Source of the DNA: Trichosphaerium sp. ATCC 40318 | Taxonomy: Eukaryota > Protista > Tubulinea | NCBI GenBank assembly: GCA_038496445.1 | Contig: JALMLS010000376.1 | Location: 372,001-436,000 of the forward strand | Direction: 5' to 3' | DNA: 64,000 nucleotides | Part shown: positions 12,603 to 25,990 of the stretch, piece after piece | Position numbering within the stretch: the stretch's first letter is position 1 | Layout of the letters: every line of letters starts with the position of its first letter | Made by a program: the position numbers and the translations under genes | The notes under the pieces: generated by a model | What the model was told of the DNA's origin: nothing | Database searches by the model: none | What the model saw: only the letters and a program-made list of their open reading frames with translations

Positions 12603-13372
12603 TCTGTGCCCGCTTCGTTCAGAAACAAGATCACAAACAATGGCGACAGCCTTTTTCTGCTGTAAAAAGCGACAAATGAGCTCATGTAGATTTAATAGGG
12701 AGAAATTTATAAGCTGTCTGAGTACTTGTTGACGCGAGCGAGTAACTACGCTCTCCGTTGCGAATCACTCATGAATTCTAACCAGTAAAAACTATCGGAT
12801 ACGCTTTCCGACGCGTTTATTGAGCGTACGGCGTTCAAACAAACTTAAATTACTTACTTCCAGAAAAATTACTGTACTATTCAAACAAGGGAAACGTTAG
12901 AGGTTCCTGTACTGTAATACGGGATGTATTACTTCGCGGTGGAGCGTCACTTTCTTTTTTATTACTCTGTGCTCGCAGTAAAAGGAAAATCAGTGTACAC
13001 TTTCAAACCAAAGTATGCCTTCGCAAACACAGCCAGGCTTCATATTATTCTGTTACATAAAAAACTTTCGAAAGAAAAGTAAGTCCAACTACGCAAAAAG
13101 GGGAACACGTAGTTACAAAAAATATCGCCTATGTTGTATTAGAAATAGGTTTACAAGTACCCCAGCTTCACCAAACAAGCGAACATCGGACAAAAACCAA
13201 AAAGTTTTACCAAAAAAAAAAAACCAACGACATTTTTTATCACGTGTTTTGCCGTTTCTCCGCGGCAAAATTATCATTCCTCTATGAACATTCTTTTGCG
13301 TTTTACAATTTAAATGTGAGACAATGTCGTACAAAAGAGAAAATTTTCTATTTATTTACGAGTATCACCAAG

Positions 13373-14982
13373 ATGACCACGCTTGCTGCTCTTTCGGTTT
13401 TATTACTTGCTGTGGCGTTTGCGCAACAAATCGGCACAAACCAAGCTGAAACGCACCCAACTATCTCTATTCAACAATGTACAGGCTCAGGACAATGTCA
13501 AACGCAATCCAGATCTATTGTACTCGACTCAAATTGGCGATGGACCCACGCAGTAGGAGGATACACCAACTGCTTCACCGGTAACCTATGGAACGAAACC
13601 GCATGCCCAGACCCTGCGACTTGCGCCACAAACTGCGCCATCGATGGAGCTGATTACGAAGGCACTTACGGTATCAAAGCCGGTGGAAACTCTGTTGCTT
13701 TGAAGCTAGTGACAGTAGGCCAGTACGATACCAACGTTGGCTCCAGAGTTTACCTCATGGAAGACGAAGAGCACTACCAGATGTTCAAACTTAAGAATCG
13801 CGAATTTACCATGGACGTTGACGTTTCACAACTCCCTTGCGGTTTGAATGGAGCAGTATACTTTGTAGAGATGGACGCTGATGGTGGCATGTCAAAATTC
13901 CCTTCAAATAAAGCAGGTACGCTTTGCACTCCGTACAAATGTTTTTCCAGAAAACAAAAAAGTTTTTTCGAACTTTATTTTCTGACACCTTCTTTTCTCA
14001 GGTGCCAAGTACGGTACTGGTTACTGTGATGCACAATGCCCACACGACATGAAATGGATCAACGGTGAAGCCAACTTATTGGACTGGACACCAGACCCAA
14101 ACAACAAAAACTCTGGCGTCGGAAAGTACGGTACTTGCTGTAACGAGATGGATATCTGGGAAGCAAACAGCATGGCTACTGCATACACACCTCACGTATG
14201 TTCAGTAAATGGTCAATACAGATGCTCTGGAACCGAGTGCGGCGACAATGGAGCTGATAGATACTTGGGCGTTTGTGATAAAGATGGATGCGATTTCAAC
14301 TCTTACAGACTTGGAAACCAGGACTTTTTTGGTGAAGGTAAAACTGTTGACACAAAACAAAAGGTCACAGTAGTTACACAATTTATCACTGCAGACGGAA
14401 CTGATACCGGAGACCTATCTGAAATCAAGCGGTACGACCTACATAGTTCATCTTTTTTTTACATTTTTTCTGTCATGTTGCTTTGTCCCGTTCTCTGACG
14501 CTTGGTTTAGTTTCTATGTTCAAAATGGAAAGGTTATCCCTAACTCGTACATAAGCTATTCAGGCAATGTTTCATCAACAAATTCAGTAACAGACAAATT
14601 CTGCACTGAGATCAAGTCTTTCTTTGGTGATAATCCAGCCTTCGAAAAGAAGGGTGGTTTGAAAGCTATGGGCGAATCTCTTGAACGTGGTGTTGTACTT
14701 GTAATGAGCCTTTGGGATGACTACTACGCATACATGTTGTGGTTGGACTCAAGCTACCCAACTGACGAGCCACCAACCAAACCAGGTGTTGCACGTGGTG
14801 CGTGATGCTTTGTAGTATTTTTTTTTTGCTATCCTCTTCTCATTTTCTCAATAGGACCTTGCCCAACTTCCTCAGGAAGACCACAGGATGTAGAGAGCAA
14901 ATACCCTGACTCCACTGTTACATACAGCAACATCAAATACGGCGCAATTAACTCTACTTTCTCTGCTACCTTTAACTTCTAA
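13373..14982 (+). CDS. Glycoside hydrolase family 7 cellobiohydrolase, secreted, no CBM
   Basis: Signal peptide [17 protein letters not shown]; [52 protein letters not shown], catalytic [22 protein letters not shown]; introns ~13917-14001, 14432-14510, 14798-14854; TAA 14980-14982. Confidence 0.96.
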
Positions 14983-15715
14983 ACAAAACGAAAAAATCTT
15001 TTGTTAATGAGTTGTATCAAATAAACAACTCTCAAGAGTTAATGCGCACAAAAATATTTTGTTTTTTTTTCTTTCGTTAACGAAAAAGAATTTGAGACTT
15101 GTACTAGGCCTATGTTTTGTTTAAGCACTCCTTGTTGTATGACAACTGATTGTGCATAGTAGGAGATATCAGCGGCAACAAATACTTGCGTTCAAAATGT
15201 TGTTTTTCTCGTTTTGATAGCCTGTTTTAGCAGATTGTTCTTTACAGTTCCAAATTGATTATTTTATCGTTTATATTTGCACGTGGTTCATGCGTTTAAT
15301 TTCAAAAAATGCTTTCTTGCTCCCTAACTCTCCCTTTGCTCAATACGCATTAAAATAGCGTAAAAACAACTTCACGGTTCTAACAAGGCCAAAAAACACA
15401 TTTTCAGGAACAATCACACGCCGAAATTAGTCTTTTATACTAAATCATTGTTTACGTACGTCCTTAGTTTATTAAGACGCGCAACAGCTGTATATACGTT
15501 ATCAAAACACAAATCGAAATGAAATACTGCGTATTTTCTGTGTTTTGCGGCCGATATTTGCGGTCTTCGTAAACACGTTATACAACAATAAAATAGGCAC
15601 ATATGTGTATTTCGGAGTTGTTTGCAACCAACATCCTTTTATAGGTTTAAAGATGCAAGTTGCAAAAGTTGATGGAAACTCTTTGACTACAGCATAAATT
15701 TATACTATAACGAAG

Positions 15716-18700
15716 ATGAAAGCTGTCTTAGGCCTTGTTTTGGGTACGTCTTAACCTCCTTTAACATTTACAATAAACAGAAACTACTCTACAATTTTGT
15801 GACTTTTTTTGTTTTGTGCACTCTTACACGAACAACCAAGTGCAATAACACGATTTCGCTATGCAATTATTGCAATATTAACGTATTTTAGCCTTGGCTG
15901 TCTTGAGCGTTTACGCCACATCAGTAGTAAGACAATGTCACGCAGATGAGTGCGCTGCACTTCCTGTACCAGCCGTAGTTGCCGCTGAATGTCTTGATGG
16001 CTCAACCGCTGGCGCTTTATGTACATACAACTGGAACTCAGGTGCCTGCGAATGGAGAGTGAAGAAATGTCCAACAGGTAAACACAAAGCGCTCTTTTTT
16101 TTTGTGGATTTTCTTTTTTTTGGATATTTTGACAAACTCCTAATCGTTGTTTTCTAGACTACTGCTTCCCAAACCCTTGCCCATACGGTCAATCTTGCAA
16201 AAGTGCTGCTCCAGATACAGTTAATGTAGCTTTTACTTGTGAGTGCCCAGTTTGCGAAAACCCAGACAACAAACCTGTTTGTGGTAGTGATGGCGTCACA
16301 TATGATGCTCTCTGCAAATTGAGAACTGCTTCATGCAAAGCTGTAAAGAACGGTAGCAGCCCAATTACTGTCAAATGTGATTCTGCTTGCAATGTACGTA
16401 TTTTTTGTCTCTTTTCCTCTTTTTTGGCGTTTTCAATTAATTTTCTTGTTAGGACTGTGTTGATGATCCATGTAATCCAAACCCTTGCTTTGATAACGAA
16501 AAATGTACTGCTATTGCCGCTGTATCTGCTTTCGATAGACCAACATTCAATTGTGCATGTGACGAAACCTGCACTGACGAAGTTGACCCAGTTTGCGGTA
16601 CTGACGGTGTTACATACGGTAACCCTTGCGAATTGAGAGTTGCTATTTGCAAAGCTCGCAAAGAAGGAAAACGTCTATGGAAAAACTGCGTTGGCGAATG
16701 TCCAGTACGTGTTCATTAATAGCTAGTTTTGATTTTTAAGGTTTTATGAATCGTAACTCATTTTTTTTTTCTTAGTGCGTTGTTGACCCAAAGCCATGTG
16801 ACTCCGAACCTTGTAATGATAACGAAGTTTGTGTTGAAGAACCAAACACTGCTATCGGATACTCTTGCAATTGTAAGAGCATCAGAGATTGTCCTCTAAC
16901 CATTGCATACGCACCAGTTTGTGGTCCAGACTACAACGTGTACGATAGCCAATGTGCTTTGGATATTGCTCTTTGCAAAGCTGAACAAACCAATGAACCT
17001 CTTGTATGCGTCACTGATTCAAGAAACCCAGTATGCGGTTCTGATGGTGTTACATACACTGATGAATGTGACTTGAAAAAGGCTAACTGTGCTTCTATCA
17101 TCAAAACTGGTGAACGTATCACAAAAACATGTGACGGCGATTGCGCTTCATGCCAAGTCAGTAAGTAACTTAACCTTTTTTTCTCTTTTTCTTCTTTCTA
17201 CCATGTTTCGTTTCTTCATCGTTATTAATAATTATCACCTAGACTGCTTGTGGAATCCTTGTGATATCAAGAACAATTGTACTGAACAATACCGTTGTCA
17301 ACAAGACCCAGCCACTTGCGAGCCAATCTACTATGATCCAGATACTGGTGATAAAGTATGCTGCGGTGGATGTACTTCTGATGCCCAATGTCCTTCTGAT
17401 GAACAAAGATGTGTCAGAGACACAACCAAAAACTGCGGCAAATGTGTCCGTTACTTGTGTAAGCTTTGTTCTTTTTTTCAAAACAATATCAATACTCATT
17501 TCTTTTTAGCTTGCGACTGTGATGCTGGTAATGCTACTTGTCCTGATGGCAAACCAAAGTACTACTGTACTCGCCCTAACCTCTTTACTGCTTGCGTAAA
17601 GAAAGAAAGAGACTGTGATTGCCCAGATGTATGCACAAGAGAATTCGACCCAGTATGTGGTACCGATGGTAAAACATACTCAAACGAGTGCCACCTCAAA
17701 TCCCAGAAATGCAGAAACGACCCAACTCTCGATATCGCCTCCCAAGGTGCTTGTCGCGATGACTGCCACTGTGGTTTTGGCGCTACTAACGCCAAATGTG
17801 TCGTAAGTGCAGACAACTCTGCAATCCGTGTCTGTGATTGTAACTACCCTTGCCCTGATGTTTGGGAGCCAATCTGTGGTACTGATGGACGTACATACTC
17901 CAACAAATGCGAATTCACCAGAGCTTTGTGTTTGGCACAAACCAACCCTGAAGCCCTTTCAAAACTCGCTGTTGACTGTGAAGGAGAATGCCCTTGCAGT
18001 ACGTTATCTTTTCCTTCTTTTTTACCTATTGTACACGTGCCTTTTTCATTGTTCTTACCTCTTGTTTTAGCAAAGCCTTGTCCTGATGGCATCCCACAAT
18101 ACAGATGCAGAAACCCATGTGACGAATCTACTTTCACTGAGCAAGAGAAACGTTGCGCTTCTAAATTCGAATGCAGACCTAATGTTTGCGGTGGATGTAA
18201 GAAAGAATGGTATTATCCAAACTCTGACAAAAAGGCTTGCTGCCCTGGATGTTGTAACAGCGTCTGTGTCGATGGACAATGTAAAAGAAACTTTGAATTA
18301 TCTTCATTGATTTCCCGTTGTCTCATTGACGATCACTGCCCAATCGGAAGTGAATGTGTCAAAGACACAGTAAACACTTGCGGTGGACAATGTAAACCAA
18401 GTACGTCTTTTTTTTCAGAACTTTCCAGACAAAATCGTCAACATCCTGTAATCTCTTTTCTAATGATTTTTTTCTAGTCTGTGAAGGTAGATGTGACCCT
18501 CTCCCTGAACCTAAACAATGCCGTGATGGTTCTGAAAAGAAATACCAATGCGTCCGTGATGTTGATACATTCAGATGTGTTCCTAAAGTCGAAGACTGCC
18601 CACGCTGTCAAACACTCGGAAAAGTATGCAGACGCTCACCAACCGGTCCTGAGCTTCCTTGCTGCGGAAAAGACAACATTTGCGGTAAACGCGGTGTATG

Positions 18701-20156
18701 TGTACGCAAGTACCCTAACCCAATCAACTGCTTGCTCCTATCTGGTTCCAAGGAAAGATGTATTGCTCATCCACACTGCGGTTTCACACAAGTCACATGG
18801 CCTACTAAGTCCCCAACAACACTTGCTCCTTCAACAAGATCCCCAACAAAGGCTCCTGTTACAAGAGCTCCTGTTGAAACAAAAGAACCAACAAAGGCTC
18901 CTCTCTCTGTAACTTTCGCACCTGCTGAAACAAGAGAACCAACAAAGGCTCCTCTCTCTGTCACTTTCGCACCTGCTGAAACAAGAGAACCAACAACAAA
19001 AGCACCTACTGGTGATGTAACAAAAGAACCTACAACAAAGGCACCTGTCCGCGATGTAACAACAGCACCAACAACAAAGGCACCTACTGGTGATGTAACA
19101 AGAGAACCTACAACAAAGGCACCTCTTGGTGATGTAGTAACAATTGAACCAACAACAAAGGCCCCTCCAACAACTGAGTCCCCAACAGAAGATAGAACTA
19201 CACAACCTCCAACAAGAGAAGACAACACAGTAACAGAAACACCAACAACCATACAACCAGCTTCAACTGAATCTCCAACTACTGCACCACCATCAGATCG
19301 CCAAAGAAAGAGATCAACTGAAGTCGATGTTAACTTGTGCTTCCCTTGCTGGTTATCTCCTATCCTCAAAAAGGTACGAACAAACCGCTTCCCATTAAGT
19401 TTCGAAGAAAAACCCCTCGCTTAACTTCTCATCATTTGCTTACCTTTTTCTTTCTAGTTGTACGGTATCGATCTCCTCGGATGCTGTGGACATAACAACC
19501 CACAATCTGAAGCACGCTGCAGAGCCCAACCAGGAACATGTGGATGGAACGCAGAAACAAAAGACTGCGTTGATTGCCGTATTGACCCAGAAGGAACAGG
19601 ATGTAATAATGAAGAATGTCCAGAATGCCCAGAACCAGATTGCCCAGAAGAAGAGCAATTCACAAGAAAATGGGGAGACTGCAAGTGCAAAATGTGCAAG
19701 AAATGTGTTGAACCTGATAATGTCAACCAAGTTTGCGGTAGCGACGACAGAGTCCACTGCGTTCCTGGACGTACTGGTGAAGATTGCTCAGAACTCGACC
19801 CTGTCGATCTTGTCAAGCGTGTTGCTCTCTTCTTGCTCAAGAACGGATTGTCGCCACAAGAGATCCGTGAACTCCTCACAGAGCAAACAGATGTCCCAAT
19901 CGAGTACATTACTGTTGATATCGTACCAGAGTCTAAGCGCTCTATTCAACAAACTGATGACGATTTCGTTGAAGTCACTGTCACCATTTGGAAGGGTGCT
20001 GATGACATTGATCCTAACGCTGCTATGAACACAGCCATTGCCAGTCTCAAGAGCAACGGTGATGTTGTAGTACAAGATGCAAACATTGATTCTAGCGCTA
20101 TGACACCTATTGTATCTTTCTTGATCATGGTTGTCGTTGCTGTACTCAGCATGTAA
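15716..20156 (+). CDS. Cys-rich multi-Kazal (follistatin/agrin-like) surface protein with Thr/Pro mucin stalk and hydrophobic C-terminus (possible GPI anchor)
   Basis: Signal peptide MKAVLGLVL|ALAVLSVYA; six P[VI]CGxDxxxY Kazal cores (~16276, 16588, 16914, 17028, 17650, 17869); PTTKAP repeats 18800-19290; RQRKRS furin-like site; C-terminus [21 protein letters not shown]. Confidence 0.85.
18880..19170 (+). repeat. Coding tandem repeats of the mucin stalk (51-bp [17 protein letters not shown] x2; ~39-bp EPTTKAPxxDVTx x4-5)
   Basis: Directly visible repeated gaaccaacaaaggctcctctctctgt and acaacaaaggcacct...gatgtaaca units. Confidence 0.85.
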
Positions 20157-20572
20157 GGGTATTATAAAATTGCCATTTTATATGTTTTTTATTAACAAAA
20201 AAACGACGTTGGCAAATAAAGTGTGAAATAGTTATGAAAAATAGAAAAATAAACCCTTTTACGCACACTAGATAAGTTCGTTTTCTGTATATTTTATATC
20301 AAAAAAGATTCGCGAAGTAATGTAATGTAAATGTGCAGCTCAAATTTGAAAGTTGTTGAATTTGCTTTACAACTTGCCAGTTTGTTATTTGAACGAATAG
20401 CCTTATGTAGTGTTACCTTCCAGCAAATTGAGACTTAACACTAATAGAGTCTTTGTTGGAGTTGTACATTGAAACCATTATGACGTTTGTAGGTGAAAAA
20501 GTTAGAAACTTTGCTGTTAACAACTTTTTTTGCTTTGACTTTTTTATTGATCCGATATAACTAATTATGTTA

Positions 20573-23500
20573 TTATAGCGTTTTTTTGCTACTAGAGCTT
20601 GACAAGCTTGGCGATTCTGTGGGTTGCAGTTTATGACTATTGTTCTTTAGCTCTTGCAACTCTTTCTTAACCCTTTCAAGTTCATTTTTCAAATCTTCAT
20701 TTGTTTTCCCATCAGTTGCTGCATTTGATAAAGAAATTGTCTTGCTCCTTTTAGCAGCAGAATATTTATTTGCACTATTTAATAAAGAGTTAAGGTAACA
20801 AAGAGTACTGATAGTTGTAGTGGTGTATGTACGTTATTGATAGCTCAGATTCAGATCGAGTGAAGATCATCCATAATTTTGGAACAAAGATCATTCCAAG
20901 GGTTACTAACATGATAATTAGTGATGTGTCTCAGTATTATACGAAAAGTAGTTTATCTTACCTGTAGCTACAAACCATATACCAAGTGATACAACAATAC
21001 TGACTGTACTGTATGATGAAGGAGAGTTTACAGTGTATCCAAATATAAGTAGAAGTGTTCCCCAAATAAGGTCGTTGTAGATAACTGCTGCCATCCATCG
21101 TGATTCGTTGTACAAACTTGGTACTTTTCTTACTGCAAAGGCAAAGTAAGCGCCAACAAGAACAACAAGTCCCTAAAGCAGTTTAAGTTAAAGTTCGATT
21201 GTTTTATTGTTTTAAAGAAAAAATCAAGTATTTAGTGATAGTGTTTACGTACTTCGTATACTACTGTCAGAATCAAGAGTACACTACCATATCTACTACT
21301 ACATTTGCCAAGTAAAAAATCGTTGTTATTAGGATCAATGATATGTTTGAGTTTATTACGAGATGTGACAGTCCAAATAATGAGTATTATCTCGTGATGT
21401 TATGGCATTTTAGTCGAAATAAAAAAAAAAGTGTTTTTTGGATACGAGTTGCGCAAAGACTGCGGCCAATGTCATTCGAATAATCTCAGTAAAGGATATA
21501 AACGCTCTTGATACATTCACCTTACTGAACAGTCTCTTTATACGGTACGTTTTGGCAACCAAAGGTCTAAAGAAAAAAAGTTGAAAGACGATCTCCACAT
21601 CTTTTGGTTTGTTGCTCTGTACTTACGCGAGAGTTATAATAAATCCCATCAAAGGCAACCACACTCGGAGCTCACAAAGTATCTCTGAAACAGGAGCAAT
21701 CCTAACAATTCCAATCAGTTTTTTGTAAAATGAGTAAAATCTTGTTTTGCGCGTACCATGCGACTGCACCAGCGTATGATACGAGTACACCAAATAGAAT
21801 CAAAAGAAGGAACTCTCTGGTTGCTGCACGCAAAACGACGCTCGATTTCCTGTAATTTAAAAGTCGTTAGAGAACAAAGAGAGAACAAGACACAAAAAGA
21901 AATTCATCAAGAACATACCAAAAAAATACAACAAAGACAGATATAGAAATTACAGGGGTGCCTAATACCAATAGAACAAGCACTAGAATAACAGCTGGTT
22001 CATTCCATCTACTTCTTATATCCCCTGACACAATCAATACAAGAGTATTATTTACCATTGTAAGGATTCCATAGTAATCTGTTTCACCCAAGTTTATCAC
22101 AACATCTGTAAACTTAGTTGTGTCTATCTCTGTTTCATTTGTGAATTTCATCAAAGAAAATGAATCACCAAGTTTTACGGTTTGATTTGTAGATACTTCA
22201 ATACGAAGAGTGCCATCTGAAGAGAGGTTCGTTAAAATCACGTGATTTGAGAGAAAGTAAATGCGTTGTGAATGCAGAAAAACTGGTACGTACTCAGTTC
22301 TGGTTCTACTTCCCAATTTATAAACGATGTGTTGAGATACATTTGTATTGTACTTTCAGGATAAAAGAAAGTAGGTAAGTTTATCGTTATTTCACCCTAA
22401 AATAACAGAACATTAATTTATAAAACTGTAAAAAAAATACAAGAAAACAGAATTTTTGATTACTTACTCCTACTTCAAGTGTAGCATTCTCAAATCCAAT
22501 CGCTGATGAATCACTCGATATTTCTATTGTATTTTCAATGCTCATTACACCTCCATTGTCATTTCGGATATATGTGTTCACAGGTTTAAAAGCTAACTGA
22601 GTTGCTGTTTCGTTGTCAAGGCTATCTATTTTTGCTTTAGTGTCAAAACATCCAACAACTTACTATTGCTCCCTATTGTGCTGTTTTCAAAAACTAAGCC
22701 TACTGTTGTACTAGTTTCGATAAAGAGTATTCCTATTTCACTTTAATCTTTGTTACTACGAAAAAACCCAAGTAACTACCATTGTTTTCTATTGTGATGT
22801 TTTCGAAAACTAAGTCTCCTAGCTTTAATGTGGATTCACTTCCGCTTGTAAAGACCATCTCTGCTGTGTCGTCTGATTGCTCAATTCCATCAAATGTGGT
22901 GTATCCCTTTTGATACAAGGTCAAAACCAACAAAAGAAAAAATCACTACATACAATGATGGTTCCCTCAACTGAAAGCGAGAAAGATTTTGTGATTGTGA
23001 ATGAGCTGTTTGGGTGAATAACTAAAGATCCACCCACAGCAGTAAGGCTGAGAAGTGTAAACGGTTCATAGTTGTTCCAAACACCAATAGGTGGTACACC
23101 AATATTCTCAAATACATTCCCTAAGATAAGACGTCAATCGTTTACCTCAATCTACTTCTAAACGTTACCGTGAGGTCTAGAAGGTAAGAAACCTTCAATA
23201 TCGTATGGAGTTGATGATGTGAAAGTATTATTAAACATATGGACAGGTGAGCTGCCGGACAAAGCTATGAAAGAAATGTAAAGCAACAAGCAAAAAAAAA
23301 AAGCACTTACCATGTTGGCTGTTCAAATTAAAGTGGCATCCCTTCACAGTGATGTTGGTACCAATAATACGCATACCACCGCCAATTTCAGCCCTGTTGT
23401 CTTCAATATAACAGTCTTGAATAACTCCAAGTGAACCACCGTATGACATTGCACCGCCGTTTTGAGTTGCAGTGTTTCTTGTAAAATTACATCGAGAAAC

Positions 23501-25990
23501 TGTAACAGGCTTGTCAGCACGTATACCACCTCCATTGCCATCATTTCCGTTGCCAGAGCCAGCTGAGTTTTCTAAGAATGTACAATCCGATATTTCTTCA
23601 TCCGCTCCATGGGAACTTCTAGCGCCATGAATTGCAGCGCCTCTTGATGTTGCTTCATTTTTCTCAAAGTGACAAAAGCGAACGTGGAAATCAATATTAT
23701 TTAAAAAGTATAGCCCTCCTCCAGTACTAGCCTTGTTGCCAATGAAATCTAGATGCTCAAGAAGAGTATGATTATTTTGAAAGTAGATCCACGCTCCTCC
23801 TCCGTTATCTCTAGCAATATTTTCCTTGAACAGTACATGACTCAATGTAACATTGCGGTTATGCTAGAAAAATCATGTTAAAATAGGCGCTTGTGAAAAT
23901 ACAGAATAATCACGTGTGATAAAGGTGTCTCACTCTGAGAATTGATCACAAACTTGTTGGCAAAAAACACGCAACGTACTTCGAGTATATAGAAACCACC
24001 TCCGTTATCTCTTGCTTCGTTTTTTATAAACGAAGAATGCTCTAATGTGATATTTTCGTTGTAGTCACTTATAAATATACCAGCTAAAATAATACATTAG
24101 CAAAGGTACACAACTTTGGGTACAATAATTCAAAACAAAAGCCCTAACATACCACCGTCATCTCTAGCGTAGTTTCCTTCAATATGAACGTCTCTGAACA
24201 ATACATTCTTGTTATAATCGTTGATGAATATTCCAGCAGCGTCTCTGTCAGCATAATTATTGAGGAACTGAGACTTTGTAATGATGTAATTAGTGTTGTT
24301 GTCACCCATGTAAATACCACAACCGTCTGTACAGTTATTGTGTTCAAATAAACATTCCTGTATCACAACATTGTCACTATTCACAATATACAATCCACCG
24401 TCCATAACGTTATATCTATTAAATACTTATTGAAGTCCATGACTTTTGTCATGCAAAAAAATTCTTAAATCTAGTTGTATTAATACCTGAAGGTACAGAA
24501 CTCAACGACAGAATCTGCTATGTTCTCAAGGAATACAACTGCAATACAGTTAATCATACGATTTTACAGATATGAAAGGTACCTCCTGTTTCCCCTTCAT
24601 TTGATACAAAAGAACAGTTCCGCATATTGAATTTGGAAGGAGTGTCATCATTGACGATATCTTGTAGAGTGATTAATCAAACAATACATTATTATGCTTT
24701 GTGTTAGTATGTGTACTTATTGCAGATCCTTTGATAGCATAGTTATTTGTGAATGTACAATCTTGAACATCCATGTCGATGTATCCGAAGCCATAGACAA
24801 CTCCTTTTGACATTTTATTAGAAACAAAAACTGCACGTAGATTTTTGTGATTTACCTTCGCCGACTACTTGATTGTCATCGAACAAGCAATTATCCATTT
24901 TAATATTTGCATTGTGCATTCGGACAACTCCAAGACCTCCTTCAGTTTCAATCGTATTTTCTGAAAATGTTACCCTGAAGAAGACATTATTCCAAAGTTG
25001 TTCTACTATCCTACTCACGACGTACCTTGTTAAGTTTAAAGATGAATCCTGGATATATAAAATACCGGAGCCCGAAAAATCATCGGTAACGTTCTCGCCA
25101 CATGCATTCTCAACGAATTTACAATCACTATTGAAAAAGTCAATATTACCCGAAAAAAAAAAGCTTATGTATCCAACAAACCAACACGTGCCTGAACGAA
25201 AAGGCACAACCTTCTCTCGCGAATAGAACTGAACCACCTTGGTTTGGAACCTATTCAATTTTACAGTTACAATCAATCAAAGTGTCAAATAACAGTACCT
25301 CTTCGAACGTTACGTTTGGCATAGTGGCGTTACCGTCCAAGGTATTATTTACAACTGGAGGTGGTGTCGAATTGTCCTATGTGATTTAGCTGGGAGTATA
25401 TTTTACTTATTTGTTTGGATACAACGCGTACCGTTATGTTAGGAAAGTCATAGACGCACTCAGCCCTTGTAAAAGTAATATGAGAGAAACTAATTATTTC
25501 CAAATGTTGCTCATCAAATAGCCGGCCACAAGACTCAATAAAAAACAAGTAATGCTCGAACTCTCCATCAATAACAGTTTCTCCCATTTCAGAACCTGTA
25601 AACCCAAATTAATACGGAAGTTAAATGTTGACGCATTACCTCTAATCTCAATCCCATAAAGGGTATCAGGCGCAGGCCAGTCAAGCCTTGCGTTTCCGAT
25701 GCCTTACAAAAAATTAACACTTTTTACGACTCGATAGTACCTGTGTATGTGCCAGGAGACATGCTTATAACGTCGTTTGGTTTTGCTGCTGTGAATAAAG
25801 CATACCGTAGAGAAAGGCAAGGTGTATTTTCGCTTGTACAATCCCCATTGTCGGAACCTTGAAACAGTTAACTCTTCCAAAGTGGTGGTGAAGGTAATTC
25901 GTTACCTGTTGTATCAACGTATAGTGTAGATGCCCGTGATAGAGTGAATAAGGTTATACTCACCACTATTAGGGAACGTGTTGTGAACAT
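20573..25990 (-). CDS. Class C (GABA-B/Grl-like) 7TM receptor with right-handed beta-helix (pectin-lyase/Pmp-like) ectodomain, copy 1
   Basis: ATG 25990 with signal peptide (MFTTRSLIVVSITLFTLSRA), STLYVDTT|GSDNGDC...PCLSLRYAL...SPGTYT; many GG[AG]x..F..N repeats; 7tm_3 motifs PLVAKTYRIKRLF, AVRKVPSLYNESRWMAAVIYN, FVPKL; short C-terminal coiled coil (LKNELERVKKELQEL); TAA 20573. Confidence 0.85.

Noticed and set aside
18767-19369. Minus-strand Val/Gly-rich and Cys-rich ORFs (also 18831-19256)
   Set aside because: Shadows of the Thr/Pro mucin repeat on the + strand.
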